Below, piece after piece: positions 63,169-64,000 of a stretch of 64,000 bases of DNA (within the stretch, counting starts at the first letter, position 1; each line of letters opens with the position of its first letter). Position numbers and translations under genes: made by a program. The stretch is from Chiloscyllium plagiosum. Taxonomy: Eukaryota. The notes beneath the pieces are model-generated. The model saw nothing but the letters and a program-made list of their open reading frames with translations. It had not been told where the DNA came from and searched no databases. The stretch is from NCBI RefSeq assembly GCF_004010195.1, contig NC_057751.1, positions 15,182,597 through 15,246,596 on the forward strand, written 5' to 3'.

Positions 63169-63420
63169 GTGAGTAACATTCCCACTGTGTATCCCACTTT
63201 CATCACCTGAAAAAGAACAAGTCTAATTCAAACTGACAAGTGCTGGGACATGAGACAAATTGACTTGGAAGATACTTAGCAGAGTTACAGGCCAAGAATA
63301 GACAAAATGGAACTAAATTAACCGTTTGCTGAAGCTGATAGTGATGTGAAATTTTGAGCTTGAATGATTCCGATTTGGAACAATTAGCAAAAGGGAAGCA
63401 CAAAGTATGAAAGTTTGCTT

Positions 63421-63600
63421 AAAAAAAAATTCACAGGATGAGGGCATTGCTGGTAAGGCCAGCATTGATTGTCGATCCCAGAGGGGCAGGTAGGAATCAA
63501 CCAGATTGCTGTGGGTCTGGAGTCACATGTAGGCCAGACCAAGTAAGGATGGCAGTTTCCTTCACCAAAATGACATTGGTGAACTGGATGAGTTGGTCTG
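63421..63600 (-). mobile_element. Short bipartite non-autonomous element (LINE 5' region fused to LINE 3' tail)
   Basis: The ggccagcatt.att tail joins directly to agaggggcag...gtctggagtcacatgtaggccagacc, which is the reverse complement of 24420-24510; related piece at ~20260-20410. Confidence 0.6.
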
Positions 63601-64000
63601 AGAATTGAGAATGGTCGTTATGAGAGTCTCCAGAATGTGTAAAATGAGAGGTCGAAATGTAAACACAAGAAGTTCAATTGCAAAAAATAAAATCAAGTCA
63701 GCACATTGGAAAACAGGTTCAGAAAATCTGGAGCTCAGGCCCAAACTACATGATGGACAAAAGGGGCTGGTAATATGGAGACACACGTGAGACACACGTT
63801 GCACTTTCTGACTTGTGTGCAACACACATTGAAATACAGTGACTCTTTGTTACTCAGGCAAGCTTGCCAACTGTCTTGTGAACACAGTCTCACTGGTATT
63901 GTGCATATTGACAAAGCAATAGCATCTTGTAGAGTGGCTACTCAGCATGGTTGTGGTATGCCAACATCCAGTGGTCGGTGGAGCTCAAACCACAGTTTCT

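Overview
Vertebrate genomic DNA from a cartilaginous fish: HE1-type V-SINEs, CR1/HER1 LINEs and Deu-domain SINEs point to an elasmobranch, and the species cannot be determined from the sequence. Two divergently transcribed protein-coding genes can be rebuilt exon by exon. (1) DKK4 on the minus strand: coding exons 19332-19216, 12420-12270 and 4633-4466; the last exon (CRD2) lies outside the window to the left. (2) VDAC3 on the plus strand: CpG-island promoter at ~42060-42580, a non-coding first exon ending at 42245, and coding exons 45471-45537, 49732-49781, 53327-53479, 54786-54838, 57584-57811 and 63018-63168 (residues 1-234); the last two exons lie outside to the right. This is the same DKK4-VDAC3 head-to-head arrangement as human 8p11. 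The rest is largely transposable elements: CR1 and other LINEs, Penelope-like elements with target-site duplications (TSDs), a Harbinger transposon with TIRs and TSD, solo LTRs, SINEs and a MITE. I found no prokaryote-type system. The most interesting signals are a 3-nt ATG microexon in VDAC3 (51485-51487) with full microexon splicing architecture, a VDAC3 protein that carries Glu73 and none of the six human VDAC3 cysteines, a hammerhead-ribozyme motif with an intact core in a Penelope element inside a VDAC3 intron, and a very basic DKK4 linker. Repeat family names and comparisons with human proteins come from recall and were not checked by database search. Repeat boundaries without a stated TSD are approximate.
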